From the NCBI GenBank assembly GCA_020851375.1, contig JADZCV010000048.1:14092-78091 (forward strand): a stretch of 64,000 nt of DNA. The letters are read 5' to 3'. Within the stretch, counting starts at the first letter, position 1, and the number at the start of each line of letters is the position of its first letter. This DNA comes from Nitrospirota bacterium (GTDB taxonomy: Bacteria; Nitrospirota; 9FT-COMBO-42-15; HDB-SIOI813). Below the pieces are notes generated by a model that had not been told where the DNA came from, made no database searches, and saw only the letters and a program-made list of their open reading frames with translations. Shown here piece after piece: positions 39,401-54,300 of the stretch. The position numbers and the translations under genes are program-made.

Positions 39401-39601
39401 ATGCCAAGAGGTCGTGTAAAATGGTTCAATGACAAAAAAGGCTACGGTTTCATTGAACAAGAAAATGGCGAAGATGTCTTTGTACATTTCTCAGCCATAA
39501 CTGAAGAAGGCTTCAAGAGCTTGAGCGAAGGTCAGGAAGTAGAGTTTGAAGTTACGTCCGGTCCTAAGGGTGCCCAGGCCAAGAACGTCACTAAAGTGTA
39601 A
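39401..39601 (+). CDS. cspA: Cold-shock protein (CspA family)
   Basis: [33 protein letters not shown] contains RNP1 (KGYGFI) and RNP2 (VFVHF). SD AAGGAGG. Confidence 0.93.
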   Translation: MPRGRVKWFNDKKGYGFIEQENGEDVFVHFSAITEEGFKSLSEGQEVEFEVTSGPKGAQAKNVTKV

Positions 39602-39614
39602 ATCCGTAGAATCA

Positions 39615-39645
39615 AGTGCCCCGCTTCGGCGGGGCACTATTCTTT
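39615..39645. terminator. Bidirectional rho-independent terminator between csp and pepA
   Basis: agtgccccgc-ttcg-gcggggcact followed by attcttt. It is preceded by T-rich sequence on the other strand. Confidence 0.7.
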
Positions 39646-41149
39646 AAGCATCCATCAATAACTGCAGAATCAGTCTCGTGCCAACTGCCGTAGGGCCAGC
39701 AGGCACATATGCCTTATCTTTGTCACCCCATTCCGTGCTTGCAATATCAAGGTGCACCCATGGATAGTTTTCAACAAATTTACTGAGGAAGATAGCGGCC
39801 GTTATAACTCCTCCTTCCCTTCCTCCTGAGTTTTTCATGTCTGCTACAGGTGTCTTTATCTGCTCTGCATACTCATCCCACAAAGGCATCTCCCAGACCC
39901 TTTCCCAAACCTTCTCCCCGGCTGCAGTTACACGATCCTTTAACGCCTTGTCATTACCCAGCATTCCTATTGCATGACTCCCCAATGCAACTGCACAGGC
40001 TCCGGTAAGCGTCGCTATATCAATTATCCATCTTGGCTTATATCTCGTTGCATAGAAGAGGGCATCGCTCAATGCAAGCCTTCCCTCTGCATCCGTACTG
40101 ATAATCTCTATGGTCCTCCCGCTCATGGATCTGAGGATATCACCCGGCCGGATTGCGGTTCCGCTCGGCATATTTTCAGTTGCAGGAAGCAATCCCACTA
40201 TATTGAGAGGGAGTCTTAGCATGGATGCCGCCCTTAGAACTCCTATTGTCGCAGCCCCGCCGGACATATCATATTTCATTTTGCCCATCCCTTCGCTCGG
40301 CTTAATAGAGATCCCTCCACTGTCAAATGTGATGGACTTGCCGACAATTACAACAGGCTTTTCTCCCTTTTTACCCCCGTTATACTCCAGAATTATAAAC
40401 TTAGGCGGCTCTGCACTACCCTGTGATACCCCAAGATATGCACCCATACCAAGCTTCTCTATCTGTGGCCTGGACAAAACCGTACACTTAATTTTTGCAG
40501 ACCTCGCCATTTTCTTTGCAGATTCAGCAAGTATGCCGGGGGTCATATCATTGGCAGGATAGTTGATGAGGTCGCGGGCCAGATTAACTGAATCCGAGAT
40601 TATCCGCCCCTTTTCAACACCCTTTTTAACAGCAGTAACGGTCTTTCTGTCTTTCTCAACAAAACGCATCTCTTCTATATTTTTTGTATTGCCGTTTTCC
40701 CTGACCTTGTATTTGGTAAACCTGTAAAGCGCCAGGTTAGCTGCCTCAGACACAGCCGTCGCAACGTCCTCTGCTGTCACGCCCTGCGTTGTTTTAATAA
40801 ACGAAACTGCTGAAACTCCAACTTTCTTTAATCCCATTTCCCTGGCACGCAGAACCCCCCGGCCTGCAGCCTGCCGTATCTGTTCAATCCCTGCCTTTTC
40901 AACCTTCCCCAACCCGCACAAAATAAAATATCCGGCCGGCGCCATCTCCCTCGTTTCAAGAACCTCTGTCTGCTCAATCTTGCCTGTAAACGATTTGCGG
41001 CTTAATACCCTGTCAACGGTCCCTCCGAGAAGCCTGTTTACCTCTTCAGCAAACGGGCTCATTTCTCCAGTATCTTCATAAATACCAATAAGTATCGCAT
41101 CCACACGTTCTCTTAAAAGCGAACCTTCTTTTACTGTAAACTTGATCAT
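39644..41149 (-). CDS. pepA: Leucyl aminopeptidase (M17)
   Basis: Starts at MIKFTVKEGS. It has the M17 active-site region NTDAEGRL and motifs GKSITFDSGGISIKPS. The track's longer ORF is an N-terminal extension. Confidence 0.85.
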   Translation of the reverse strand: MIKFTVKEGSLLRERVDAILIGIYEDTGEMSPFAEEVNRLLGGTVDRVLSRKSFTGKIEQTEVLETREMAPAGYFILCGLGKVEKAGIEQIRQAAGRGVLRAREMGLKKVGVSAVSFIKTTQGVTAEDVATAVSEAANLALYRFTKYKVRENGNTKNIEEMRFVEKDRKTVTAVKKGVEKGRIISDSVNLARDLINYPANDMTPGILAESAKKMARSAKIKCTVLSRPQIEKLGMGAYLGVSQGSAEPPKFIILEYNGGKKGEKPVVIVGKSITFDSGGISIKPSEGMGKMKYDMSGGAATIGVLRAASMLRLPLNIVGLLPATENMPSGTAIRPGDILRSMSGRTIEIISTDAEGRLALSDALFYATRYKPRWIIDIATLTGACAVALGSHAIGMLGNDKALKDRVTAAGEKVWERVWEMPLWDEYAEQIKTPVADMKNSGGREGGVITAAIFLSKFVENYPWVHLDIASTEWGDKDKAYVPAGPTAVGTRLILQLLMDA

Positions 41150-41165
41150 GATGTCCCAATCCCCC

Positions 41166-41801
41166 TCAGTCTTTCCTCGTGATAAAGTATGAAAAACCTT
41201 CCTCTGACAGTTTCTCTGCCAGATATTCCGCCCGCTTGATATCCTTAGTAGAACCGACACGTACCCTGTAAAACTGTTTATCCTTTGTCCCGAAAGTTTT
41301 TATATACACGTCCTGATATCTGCGGTTCAATTTTTCCTTTAGTCTTATGGCATTCTCCTCCAACTCAAAAGAGCCCACCTGTACTGTAAAATCCGTCAGG
41401 CTCTCTCCCCATTTCAATACCTTTATCTCAACCCGGGATAATCCCTTTTCTGCCATTCCAATTTCCCGGGCAGCCGAGTACGACAGATCTATGATGCGGC
41501 CGTCTACAAAAGGACCCCTGTCATTTATCTTTACTACTACGGACTGGTCATTCTCCAGGTTTGTGATTTTTGCAACCGTGCCAAGGGGCATGAGTTTATG
41601 AGCCGCAGTGAGGTCATACATATTGTATATCTCGCCGCTTGACGTAGGCTTGCCGTGAAAATCCTCACCATACCACGACGCTATACCCCTCTCCACATAG
41701 CCCGCTGCATAGGGAGACCTGTGGGCAGGCAGGGTACAGGAGGAAACGACAAGTGCAACAATAAAAATAAACAGGTGCGGTATCTTAAACGACCTCTCCA
41801 T
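41166..41801 (-). CDS. rlpA: Septal ring lytic transglycosylase RlpA family protein (DPBB plus SPOR domains)
   Basis: 211-aa ORF with a signal/lipo region, then [60 protein letters not shown] (the RlpA DPBB fold). The C-terminal segment FTVQVGSF...YRVRVG is a SPOR domain. Confidence 0.85.
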   Translation of the reverse strand: MERSFKIPHLFIFIVALVVSSCTLPAHRSPYAAGYVERGIASWYGEDFHGKPTSSGEIYNMYDLTAAHKLMPLGTVAKITNLENDQSVVVKINDRGPFVDGRIIDLSYSAAREIGMAEKGLSRVEIKVLKWGESLTDFTVQVGSFELEENAIRLKEKLNRRYQDVYIKTFGTKDKQFYRVRVGSTKDIKRAEYLAEKLSEEGFSYFITRKD

Positions 41802-44229
41802 CTTCCCTCTCTGCTAATTTTACAACTCCGGCAACCTTATCATTATCTTCAATATTAATAAGCCTTACCCCCTGGGTATTGCGGCCAATGATGGATATGT
41901 CCCTCGTCTTCATCCTTATTATCATACCTGCAGACGTAAGTATCATTATCTCGTCATCTTCAGTCACCTGTATGGCTGAAATGGCCTTGCCGTTTTTCTG
42001 GGTGACTTTTATAGTGAGGATCCCCTTGCCGCCGCGCCCCTGCATCCTGTACTCAGACAGATCTGTCCTTTTCCCGTAACCCCGTTCAGTAACCGTCAGA
42101 ATGGAAGAATTGTCCTGCACTATCTCCATACCTACAACAAAATCGTCTTCATCAAGATCAATCCCCTTGACACCCCTTCCGACCCTCCCTATAGTCCTGA
42201 TATCTTCCTCGTTGAAGCGGATTGACATGCCATTATGCGTACTCAGCAGAATCTCCTGATTGCCTGACGTAATTCGGACTGACCCTAACTTATCACCTTC
42301 ATCAAGCAGTATGCCGATTATACCGCCCACCCTTATGCTGCTGTAAACATTGAGCGGGGTCTTTTTAATCACGCCCTTTATGGTTGCCATAACAACATAT
42401 TCTGTTTCACTGAAGACCTTTACCGGCAACACAGCAGTAACGCGTTCATCCTTGTTTAGCTGAAGCAGGTTTACTATGGCCTTGCCTTTTGCAAGCCTGC
42501 CTGCCTCCGGTATCTGGTGCACCTTCATGCTGTAAACCTTACCGCTGTCTGTAAAGAAGAGCAGGTAGTCGTGCGTGGACGCAACAAAGAGGTGCTCAAC
42601 AAAGTCCTCCTCCTTTGTCTCCATCCCTATCTTACCCTTTCCTCCCCGTTTCTGGCTCCTGTATGTCGTTACCGGATTCCTCTTTATGTATCCGGTGTGG
42701 GAAATCGTTATTACCATATCTTCTTCAACGATAAGGTCTTCTATATCAATCTCTTTTGTCTCAGGGACTATCTCTGTCCTCCGGGAGTCTGAGTATGCCT
42801 CCTTAATTTGTGTCAACTCATCCATTATTATCTTCATCACAAGGGCATCGCTGGAAAGTACGGAATTCAGATATGCAATCAGCTCAATGAGCTGTCTGTA
42901 TTCTTCCTCAAGCTTTTCACGTTCAAGGCCTGTAAGCCTCTGCAACCTCATATCGAGTATGGCCTGGGCCTGAATGGCTGAAAGGGTAAACCTGGCAATC
43001 AGTGCACCCTTTGCCTCCTCAGGAGTCCTTGACCTCTTTATCAGGTTTATTATCTCATCAAGGTTAGCCAGCGCTATTTTGAGGCCCTCCAAAATGTGGG
43101 CCCTCTCTTCTGCCTTCTTCAGCTCATACTGGCTCCTCCGGACTACCACCTCACGCCGGTGTTCTATAAAATAACCGAGCATGTCCTTCAGATTCAGGAT
43201 TCTTGGCTGATTATTAACAAGGGCCAGCATTATGATGCCGAAACTGCTCTGCATCTGGGTATGTTTATACAAGTGATTAAGGATTATCGCAGCCTGCTCC
43301 CCTCGTTTTACTTCAACGACGATACGCATCCCATCGCGGTCTGATTCATCCCTGACCTCAGAAATCCCCTCAATTTTCTTATCTCTCACAAGTCCTGCGA
43401 TCGCTTCTATAAGCTTTGCCTTGTTTACCTGATAGGGGATCTCGGTAATAATAATGCTCTCCCTGTCTGTCCTTTGATTGGTCTCTATGAGCGCCCGCGC
43501 CCTCATCTGAACGATTCCCCGGCCAGTCCTGTAAGCCTCCCGGATCCCGGTGAGACCATGAATAAAACCTGCAGTGGGAAAGTCAGGGCCCTTAATGATG
43601 CCAGTCAGCTGGTCCACAGTTACATCCGGGTTTTCAATATACATAATCAGACCGTCCACAATCTCGCCAAGATTATGGGGTGGGATGTTCGTGGCCATAC
43701 CGACAGCAATTCCCGCTGCACCGTTTATAAGCAGGTTAGGTATCTTTGCAGGGAGGACAAGCGGTTCTTCCATTGAGCCGTCATAATTCGGGATGAAGTC
43801 TACGGTCTCCTTGTCAATGTCAGCCAGCATCTCACTGGTAATCCTGGACATCCTGATCTCGGTATAACGCATCGCTGCAGGCGGGTCTCCGTCAACAGAG
43901 CCAAAGTTTCCCTGTCCGTCAATCAGCGTGTATCTCATCGAGAAGTCCTGGGCAAGCCTCACAGCGGTATCGTAAACAGCGACATCACCATGCGGGTGAT
44001 ATTTACCAATAACATCGCCGACGATCCTCGCCGACTTCTTATACGGCCTGTTCCATACAACGCCCATCTCATGCATGGCAAACAGGACACGCCTGTGAAC
44101 GGGCTTCAGGCCATCTCTTATATCAGGCAGGGCCCTTCCTACGATAACACTCATGGCATAGTCAAGATACGAAGACCTCATCTCATCTTCGATACTTACC
44201 GGCACCCTTCTTTCGCCACCTATAGCCAA
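41785..44229 (-). CDS. gyrA: DNA gyrase subunit A
   Basis: 814-aa ORF containing [33 protein letters not shown] and the active-site region AAMRYTE. A TTG start is inferred, because an in-frame TGA lies upstream. Confidence 0.95.
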   Translation of the reverse strand: MAIGGERRVPVSIEDEMRSSYLDYAMSVIVGRALPDIRDGLKPVHRRVLFAMHEMGVVWNRPYKKSARIVGDVIGKYHPHGDVAVYDTAVRLAQDFSMRYTLIDGQGNFGSVDGDPPAAMRYTEIRMSRITSEMLADIDKETVDFIPNYDGSMEEPLVLPAKIPNLLINGAAGIAVGMATNIPPHNLGEIVDGLIMYIENPDVTVDQLTGIIKGPDFPTAGFIHGLTGIREAYRTGRGIVQMRARALIETNQRTDRESIIITEIPYQVNKAKLIEAIAGLVRDKKIEGISEVRDESDRDGMRIVVEVKRGEQAAIILNHLYKHTQMQSSFGIIMLALVNNQPRILNLKDMLGYFIEHRREVVVRRSQYELKKAEERAHILEGLKIALANLDEIINLIKRSRTPEEAKGALIARFTLSAIQAQAILDMRLQRLTGLEREKLEEEYRQLIELIAYLNSVLSSDALVMKIIMDELTQIKEAYSDSRRTEIVPETKEIDIEDLIVEEDMVITISHTGYIKRNPVTTYRSQKRGGKGKIGMETKEEDFVEHLFVASTHDYLLFFTDSGKVYSMKVHQIPEAGRLAKGKAIVNLLQLNKDERVTAVLPVKVFSETEYVVMATIKGVIKKTPLNVYSSIRVGGIIGILLDEGDKLGSVRITSGNQEILLSTHNGMSIRFNEEDIRTIGRVGRGVKGIDLDEDDFVVGMEIVQDNSSILTVTERGYGKRTDLSEYRMQGRGGKGILTIKVTQKNGKAISAIQVTEDDEIMILTSAGMIIRMKTRDISIIGRNTQGVRLINIEDNDKVAGVVKLAEREDGEVV

Positions 44230-44246
44230 TTCATGCCCTCCATGCG

Positions 44247-44343
44247 TTCACTCGAAAATCTCCGTTCAATTCCCCCTATCCCCCTTTACTAAAGGGGGGG
44301 AACGAATTTCCCCCTTTGGAAAAGGGGGACTAAGGGGGATTTC
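44247..44343 (-). repeat. Family-A repeat (A5) between gyrB and gyrA
   Basis: The reverse complement reads aaatccccc ttagt ccccc ttttccaaa ggggg aaattcgtt ccccccc tttagtaaa ggggg atag ggggaattgaacGGAGAttttcgaGTGaac. Confidence 0.8.
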
Positions 44344-44368
44344 TCATCTGCCTTTGTGAGCCCCCATT

Positions 44369-47960
<3,592 letters not shown>

Positions 47961-47980
47961 ATTATCACCTTCCTTTTCTT

Positions 47981-49300
47981 TTACTCTTTGATCTTTTTTA
48001 TCAAATCATCTATCAGATAAACCATATTGGGGTCATTTGCCTTTAGCTTTTCTATCATGTTACATGCATAAATTACCGTTGAATGGTCCTTTCCACCAAA
48101 GAGCCGTCCTATCTCAGGAAAAGACATCTTAAGGAGCTCCCGGCATAAAAACATGGCAATTTGCCGCGGAACAACGAGGGTCTTTGTCCGCTTCTTTGAT
48201 TTAAGGTCAACCATCTTTATGTTAAAGTGGGCTGTTATCACCTTCTGTATTTTATCAACCGTTATTTTCTCTTCCCGCTCCCTGATAATATCTTTAAATA
48301 TACGTTTTGCAAGTTCAAGAGAAAGCTCCTGACCTGTCAGCGATGAGAAGGCACCAAGCCGTATCAGGGCCCCCTCCAGTTCTCTGACATTTGTCCTTAT
48401 GTTCTCAGCAAGAAACATTGCAACATCGTCCGGGAAAATAACGTGTGGAAATTCACCGGCTGCCTTCTTTTTAAGTATTGCAATCCTTGTCTCTATGTCC
48501 GGAGGCTGTATGTCCGCCAGCAGTCCCCACTCAAACCTCGAACGGAGCCGTTCATCTATATGTTGAATATCCTTTGGAAAGCGGTCGCTTGTAATAACAA
48601 TCTGTTTTCGCGCCTCGTAAAGGGCATTAAATGTATAAAAGAACTCTTCAACGGTCCTGTCTTTTCCGGCAATAAACTGAATATCATCCATAAGAAGCAC
48701 ATCTATGTTGTTTCTGTACTTATTTCTCAGGTCTATGGTCTTATTGTTTAAAATAGCCTGAATCACCTCATTGGTAAATTGCTCGGAGGAAACATACAGT
48801 ATTCTGCAGGAAGGTTTAGCTGCCATAATATGGTTTCCTATGGCATTAAGAAGATGCGTCTTTCCCAGCCCAACACCGCTGTAAATAAACAGAGGATTAT
48901 ATCCTGAACCCGGCGCCTCTGCTACTGCCCTTGTTGCAGCATGTGCAAACTGATTGCTCGGACCAATTACAAAAGAATCAAACGTATACTTTGGATTTAA
49001 TTTTTCATCCTTCTTCTTTCTTAATCCGGTTGCTGGAGATGACTCTGCTGCTGAATCCTTAAGGTCTTCGCAGACCACAAAATCAATGTCTATTTCCTTT
49101 CCGGCAACCTTTTTTACAGTGTTTTTAATAACATCCATAAAATGATCCCTTAACCAGTTGCCAAGGAACACACTTGGAACTCCAATCTCCATAAAATTTT
49201 CCTTTAGTGAGTAGAGCCTGGTAGTGCGGAACCAGTTGTCAAAACTCTGTCTTGTAATTACATTTTCAATTTCTGAAAGACTAATTTCCCAGATATCCAT
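47981..49300 (-). CDS. dnaA: Chromosomal replication initiator DnaA
   Basis: 439-aa ORF with the AAA+ Walker A NPLFIYSGVGLGKTHLL and the C-terminal DNA-binding signature ...KDHSTVIYACNMIEK. Confidence 0.95.
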   Translation of the reverse strand: MDIWEISLSEIENVITRQSFDNWFRTTRLYSLKENFMEIGVPSVFLGNWLRDHFMDVIKNTVKKVAGKEIDIDFVVCEDLKDSAAESSPATGLRKKKDEKLNPKYTFDSFVIGPSNQFAHAATRAVAEAPGSGYNPLFIYSGVGLGKTHLLNAIGNHIMAAKPSCRILYVSSEQFTNEVIQAILNNKTIDLRNKYRNNIDVLLMDDIQFIAGKDRTVEEFFYTFNALYEARKQIVITSDRFPKDIQHIDERLRSRFEWGLLADIQPPDIETRIAILKKKAAGEFPHVIFPDDVAMFLAENIRTNVRELEGALIRLGAFSSLTGQELSLELAKRIFKDIIREREEKITVDKIQKVITAHFNIKMVDLKSKKRTKTLVVPRQIAMFLCRELLKMSFPEIGRLFGGKDHSTVIYACNMIEKLKANDPNMVYLIDDLIKKIKE

Positions 49301-49589
49301 TTAAACATTCCACAAACAATTTACAAACATAGTTATCAACAGGTGTTAATAACCCTGTTAATTACTTACATTACAAAGAGTTGAATATATATGAACATGC
49401 AGCTTAAATATACTTATTGGTACTGAATGAGGGACTTTTTACTATAACAGACTATTTATATAAAGGCAATGTCATAATACTTAAAAATGTCCCCGGTTAT
49501 AAACAACTTCATCAACTGAATTACCCTTATTATTCAATTAATTATAAATCTATCCACAAACTAACAGCTATTAATACTACTACTATATT
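49301..49589. other. Putative chromosomal replication origin (oriC): an AT-rich region with DnaA-box-like 9-mers upstream of dnaA
   Basis: The region is more than 70% AT. DnaA-box-like 9-mers (8 of 9 matches to TTATCCACA) are TTATCAACA at 49333, TTATAAACA at 49497 and CTATCCACA at 49550. A run atattttaaatatatatatttatataa lies at the distal end. The gene order is dnaA-dnaN-gyrB-gyrA. Confidence 0.5.
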
Positions 49590-50501
49590 TTAAATATATA
49601 TATTTATATAAGAAGAAGATTTCAGGTTATATAACCATTCCTTATAAGAGCTTTCACTCTTTTCCTGAAAGACAGATTCCATTATGTTATCTCTAACCTC
49701 ATTAATGGATCTAAAACCCGTCTTTTTCACCTCAATCAACTTTATAATATAAAAACCCGCTGAAGTTCTGATTACATCACTTACCTCACCCTCTTTTAGA
49801 CTAAATGCAGGCTTTTCAAGTTCAGGCATTAAATCACCCTTTTTTATAAAACCGAGGTCGCTTACAAAGTTAATATCCCTTGAATCAGAATATCTCCTCT
49901 TTAGATCAGAGATGGATATGTTATTATTAAGATATTCACGAATGTTATTTATCTTTTTTAAAGCCCTCTGTAATTCATCCTCTGAGTCCGGATCCTTCAA
50001 TGGAACATTTACATAGCCAATCCTTATATTCTCAGGGAGTTTGAAATCAGACATATGAGATTGGTAATATGCCTCGATTTCCTTATCGCTGACCGAGATT
50101 TTTGATTTTACCTCCCTGTTTACAACCTTCAGAATGATTATCTGCTCCATAATTTCTCTTTTATAATCTTCTACAGAGATGCCTTCTCTGATCAGGGCAT
50201 CTTTCATCTCTTCGTCTGAGTTAAACTTGTTCATCTTTTTTATGTCATTCAGCGCCTCATCCACTTCTGAGCTATTAGCGGATATGCCCTTTTTCTTTGC
50301 GGTCTGGAGCTGTAATTTTTTTTCAATTAAGAATGACAGGGTTTTTGAAGGAAAGACCTTTGTATCTGCTGTCCTTAATTCGCCTGAAGTAATAACATCA
50401 TCGTTGACTACAGCAATGATCCTTTCTTCATCAGCCGATGCATTACAAAAAGGGGTAATAAGCAGTGATAATATAATGAATAAAAGTCCAATAATTTTCA
50501 T
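49590..50501 (-). CDS. SurA/PrsA-like periplasmic peptidyl-prolyl isomerase (parvulin)
   Basis: 303-aa ORF with a signal peptide MKIIGLLFIILSLLITPFCNASA and a C-terminal parvulin-like segment ...DLGFIKKGDLMPELEKPAFSLKEGEVSDVIRTSAGFYIIKL. Confidence 0.7.
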   Translation of the reverse strand: MKIIGLLFIILSLLITPFCNASADEERIIAVVNDDVITSGELRTADTKVFPSKTLSFLIEKKLQLQTAKKKGISANSSEVDEALNDIKKMNKFNSDEEMKDALIREGISVEDYKREIMEQIIILKVVNREVKSKISVSDKEIEAYYQSHMSDFKLPENIRIGYVNVPLKDPDSEDELQRALKKINNIREYLNNNISISDLKRRYSDSRDINFVSDLGFIKKGDLMPELEKPAFSLKEGEVSDVIRTSAGFYIIKLIEVKKTGFRSINEVRDNIMESVFQEKSESSYKEWLYNLKSSSYINIYI

Positions 50502-50503
50502 GA

Positions 50504-51367
50504 TTATTTTAAAAGATCTTCCTTTATTGTGATGCTTGCCTTTGATTTAAGGCCTGCCACAAGATTATCAAACTTTTCCTTCTTCTTTTTCTTTAACAGA
50601 TTCTGCTCCAACTCTGTCTTTGCATCAGCAAAACTCTTCTCTTTTCCTGTCCTTCTGTCAGTTATCTTTATTATATGATAACCAAAACGGCTTTCAACAA
50701 TATCGCTTATTTCACCTTTTTTTAATTTAAATGCAGCAGTCTCAAATTCTGGCACCATAACCCCTGAATGGAAGTAACCAAGGTCTCCACCCATTGCCTT
50801 ACTGCCTGTATCTATAGAAGAGGATTTTGCGAGATCCTCGAACTTTGCGCCTGCCCTGAGCTTTTTTAGAATGCCTTCTGCCTCCTCTTTGGTCTTCAGG
50901 AGGATGTGGCTTGCCCTGACCTCAACCGGTGCCTTTGCCTCTTCAGGGTGTTCATCATAATATTTTTTTAATTCTTCATCCGATATTTTCATGTCTTCCT
51001 CAAGTTCTTTCTTAAAGAACTTTTCTACCAGTATTCTCTTCTTCATTTCTTCAAGCATATCTGCAGTTTCTTTTTCCTTATCCAGACCTTTATGTATGGC
51101 CTCCTGATACAATAATTCTCTGACAATCAGGTTATCAAGAAAACCTTTCTTAGTTTCAAGGTCAAGGTTACCTCCATGGGCCACAGTTGGATACTCCTTA
51201 AGTCTTTCATTAAAATCAGAAAGAGTTATTTCAGTATTGTTAATCTTTGCCAATATCTGCCCGCTGTCAGCGCCTTTAACAGCTTCCTTCTGCTTGCAGG
51301 ATATGGAGGAAAAGGACACTACGGATACCATTGCTGCGGTTAAAATAATAAGTCTTTTATTCATCAT
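50504..51367 (-). CDS. Parvulin-type peptidyl-prolyl isomerase lipoprotein
   Basis: 287-aa ORF with a lipobox FSSISC and the parvulin core RASHILLK...GGDLGYFHSGVMVPEFETAAFKLKKGEISDIVESRFGYHIIKI. Confidence 0.75.
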   Translation of the reverse strand: MMNKRLIILTAAMVSVVSFSSISCKQKEAVKGADSGQILAKINNTEITLSDFNERLKEYPTVAHGGNLDLETKKGFLDNLIVRELLYQEAIHKGLDKEKETADMLEEMKKRILVEKFFKKELEEDMKISDEELKKYYDEHPEEAKAPVEVRASHILLKTKEEAEGILKKLRAGAKFEDLAKSSSIDTGSKAMGGDLGYFHSGVMVPEFETAAFKLKKGEISDIVESRFGYHIIKITDRRTGKEKSFADAKTELEQNLLKKKKKEKFDNLVAGLKSKASITIKEDLLK

Positions 51368-51397
51368 ATCTCCTTTGTGTTAAAATAAATGTAATAT

Positions 51398-54300
51398 TTA
51401 AACATACCCCCCTACAACTTTCAAGCAGTTTATTATCTCAGAAAACAACCTTGACGGTTCCCTGTCTTTGAGCAAGAGGAGGAATTTATATTCTGATAAA
51501 AAGCGGATGTTTTTAGAATAAATCCTGATAATTTTCTGAAAAAGATCACTGCTTTTCTCTGTAACCTGAGGGTCAACAGTAAAGACAACCCCGCCGTCTC
51601 CGTCTTCAATTTTTGATATCCGGGACAAACATGCAAGGAGTTTAACCTCTATAATTTTTAACAGATTTTCCACCTGCAATGGTATTTGGCCGTAGCGGTC
51701 TGCCATCTCTTCCTTTATTGAGGATATCTGGGAATCTTCTCTGATGGATGAAAGCCTCTTGTATATAGAGAGTCTCTGGGATGAATCACTTATATATTCC
51801 TCCGGGATGTAGGAGGCGATTCCAAGGTTTATTGTCGGGACAAAATCCTCTTCTACTTTTTCACCACGGAATTGTTTGACCGCCCGGTCAAGCATCTGGG
51901 TATAAAGCTCAAAACCGACAGACGCAATGTGTCCTGACTGCCTGTGTCCCAGGAGGTTGCCGGCCCCGCGTATCTCGAGGTCCTTGTTTGCAAGCCGGAA
52001 GCCGGCCCCGAGGCCAGTCAATTCCTGTATAGCCTTTATCCTTTTCTTTGCATCTGTTGTCAGCACATCATCTGCAGGGACGATCAGGTATGCATATGCC
52101 TGGTGACCTGATCTGCCTACGCGCCCCCTTAACTGGTACAGGTCTGCAAGCCCGAACATATCTGCCCGATTGATAATTATGGTATTTGCCTCAGGTATAT
52201 CAAGGCCTGACTCTACAATCGCCGTGCAGACAAGGAGGTTATAATCACCGTTTATAAATTTGAGCATGACATCTTCAAGGAGGCGTTCCCTCATCTGTCC
52301 GTGCGCAACCCCAATGCGTGCCTCAGGAATCAGCTCCTGCAGCACATTTGCAATCCCTGCAATAGTTTCCACCCTGTTGTGAACAAAATATACCCTTCCG
52401 CCCCTGTCAAATTCACGAAGGATTGCAGTACGGATAATCTTTTTGTCGAACGGGATTATAATGCTGTGTATTGCAATCCGGTCTTCCGGCGGAGTCTCTA
52501 TTACACTTAAATCACGTATGCCAAGTAGGGCCATCTGAAGGGTCCGGGGAATTGGTGTCGCGGAGAGAGACAGGACATCAACACTCTTTCGCAACTGCTT
52601 TATACGCTCTTTCTGCGATACGCCGAAACGCTGTTCCTCATCCACAATAAATATTCCGGCGTTTCTGAATTTAATATCCTTCTGCAACAGGCCGTGCGTG
52701 CCAATGACAATGTCTATTGTGCCTTCTGCCAGCCCCCTGATAATCTCCTTCTGCTCCTTATGAGACCTGAAGCGGCTGAGCATCTCCACCCGTACCGGAA
52801 AAGACGCAAAGCGCCGTGCAAATGTCTGATAATGCTGCTGGGCCAGAAGGGTAGTAGGGACAAGTATTGCGGCCTGTTTGCCCTCGATGACCACCTTGCA
52901 GGCTGCCCTGAGGGCAACCTCCGTCTTCCCGTATCCGACATCTCCGCAGATGAGCCTGTCCATGGGTTTTTGTGTCCCGAGGTCTCTCATTACATCTTCT
53001 ATGGCAGTAAGCTGGTCCGGTGTTTCTTCAAACTCAAAGGAAGACTCAAACTCTTTCATGAGGTGGTTTTCCGGCAGATAAGGTGTTCTTTCCACGACCA
53101 TGCGTGTAGCATAAAGTTCGACCAGTTCCCCGGCAATCTCTTCAATCGCCTTTTCCACCCTTTTTTTGGTCTTTTCCCACTGTGACCCCTGGAGCTTGTC
53201 AATGTGAGGCGCGTGCCCCTCTGCACTGGCATATTTCTGGACGAGGTCCATCTTGTTTACCGGCACATAAACATAATCACTGCCTGAATATCTTATACAG
53301 AGAAAATCACCCTCCCCGCCGCTCAGTGTTTTTCTTACAAGTCCCTCATACTGTCCTATGCCGTGCTGGAGGTGGACCACATAGTCCCCTTCCCGGAGGT
53401 CCTGAAATGAAGTCAGAAAGGGTCGGGACTTCTGTTTCGCAGGGGGCCGCCGCCTGCCCTTTTTCCCGAAGATCTCATCTTCAGTTATAAAGAGCAGGGA
53501 TGCCGCCGGATAAAAAAAGCCTGAAGAAAGATGACCGGATATTATACTAACAGGAAGGTGACCAATATCCGGCGTAGTGTGGGGGGGTATCCCCCGCCTT
53601 ACGGTTTCCTGTTTTTTACCGGGCATTTCCCTGCCGAACATAAGGCCGGCCGTAAATGCCGGCGCTACGTCTTCGATTTTCTTCATTGTCGCCGGAACGT
53701 CATACTCCATAAGTATATCCCTGAACCGCTCTGCCTGTCCTGTAGTTGGTGAAACAACAACAATCAGATTCTCCTTCCTTAATATATCCAGCCTCTCTGA
53801 TGTTTCCTTCAAAGGAGAAGGGGAGAGCAGGGATGATACCGAATTAATGGAATACGAAATAGTGCCTTCTATCGGAATTGCCTCAATATTTATCCTGTTT
53901 TTAAACAATTCCCGGAAATCCGTTATCTCATTCCATGGAAAATATAATTTCCCTGGTTCTTCTGCACGGCGTCCCTGAAGGAGGGCATCTTTGTACGTCT
54001 CCAGGATCTGGGACCAATATTCACCGGCATTTTTTTTAATCTCTGCTGCCTCGTCAAATACAACAATATCTTCATCAGAAAGATATTCGAACAGCGAACC
54101 AGCGTTTACACCCTCACAAGGTTCTTTTGCAGGCATGATTACAGCAGAATCAACCTGGGCTACAGACCGCTGGTTCTCAGGGTCAAAACGCCTCAGTGAC
54201 TCTATAGTATCCCCGAAAAACTCAATCCTTAGAGGACCATCTTCACCCGGCGAATACACGTCTATAATCCCGCCCCGGAGGGCAAACGTCCCGCCTTTAA

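Noticed and set aside
39644-41260. Long 538-aa form of pepA overlapping rlpA, and long forms of hemB (27797) and hemD (28602)
   Set aside because: The N-terminal extensions lack similarity to the conserved N-termini. Internal Met codons preceded by SD sequences ([33 protein letters not shown]) match the known family starts.
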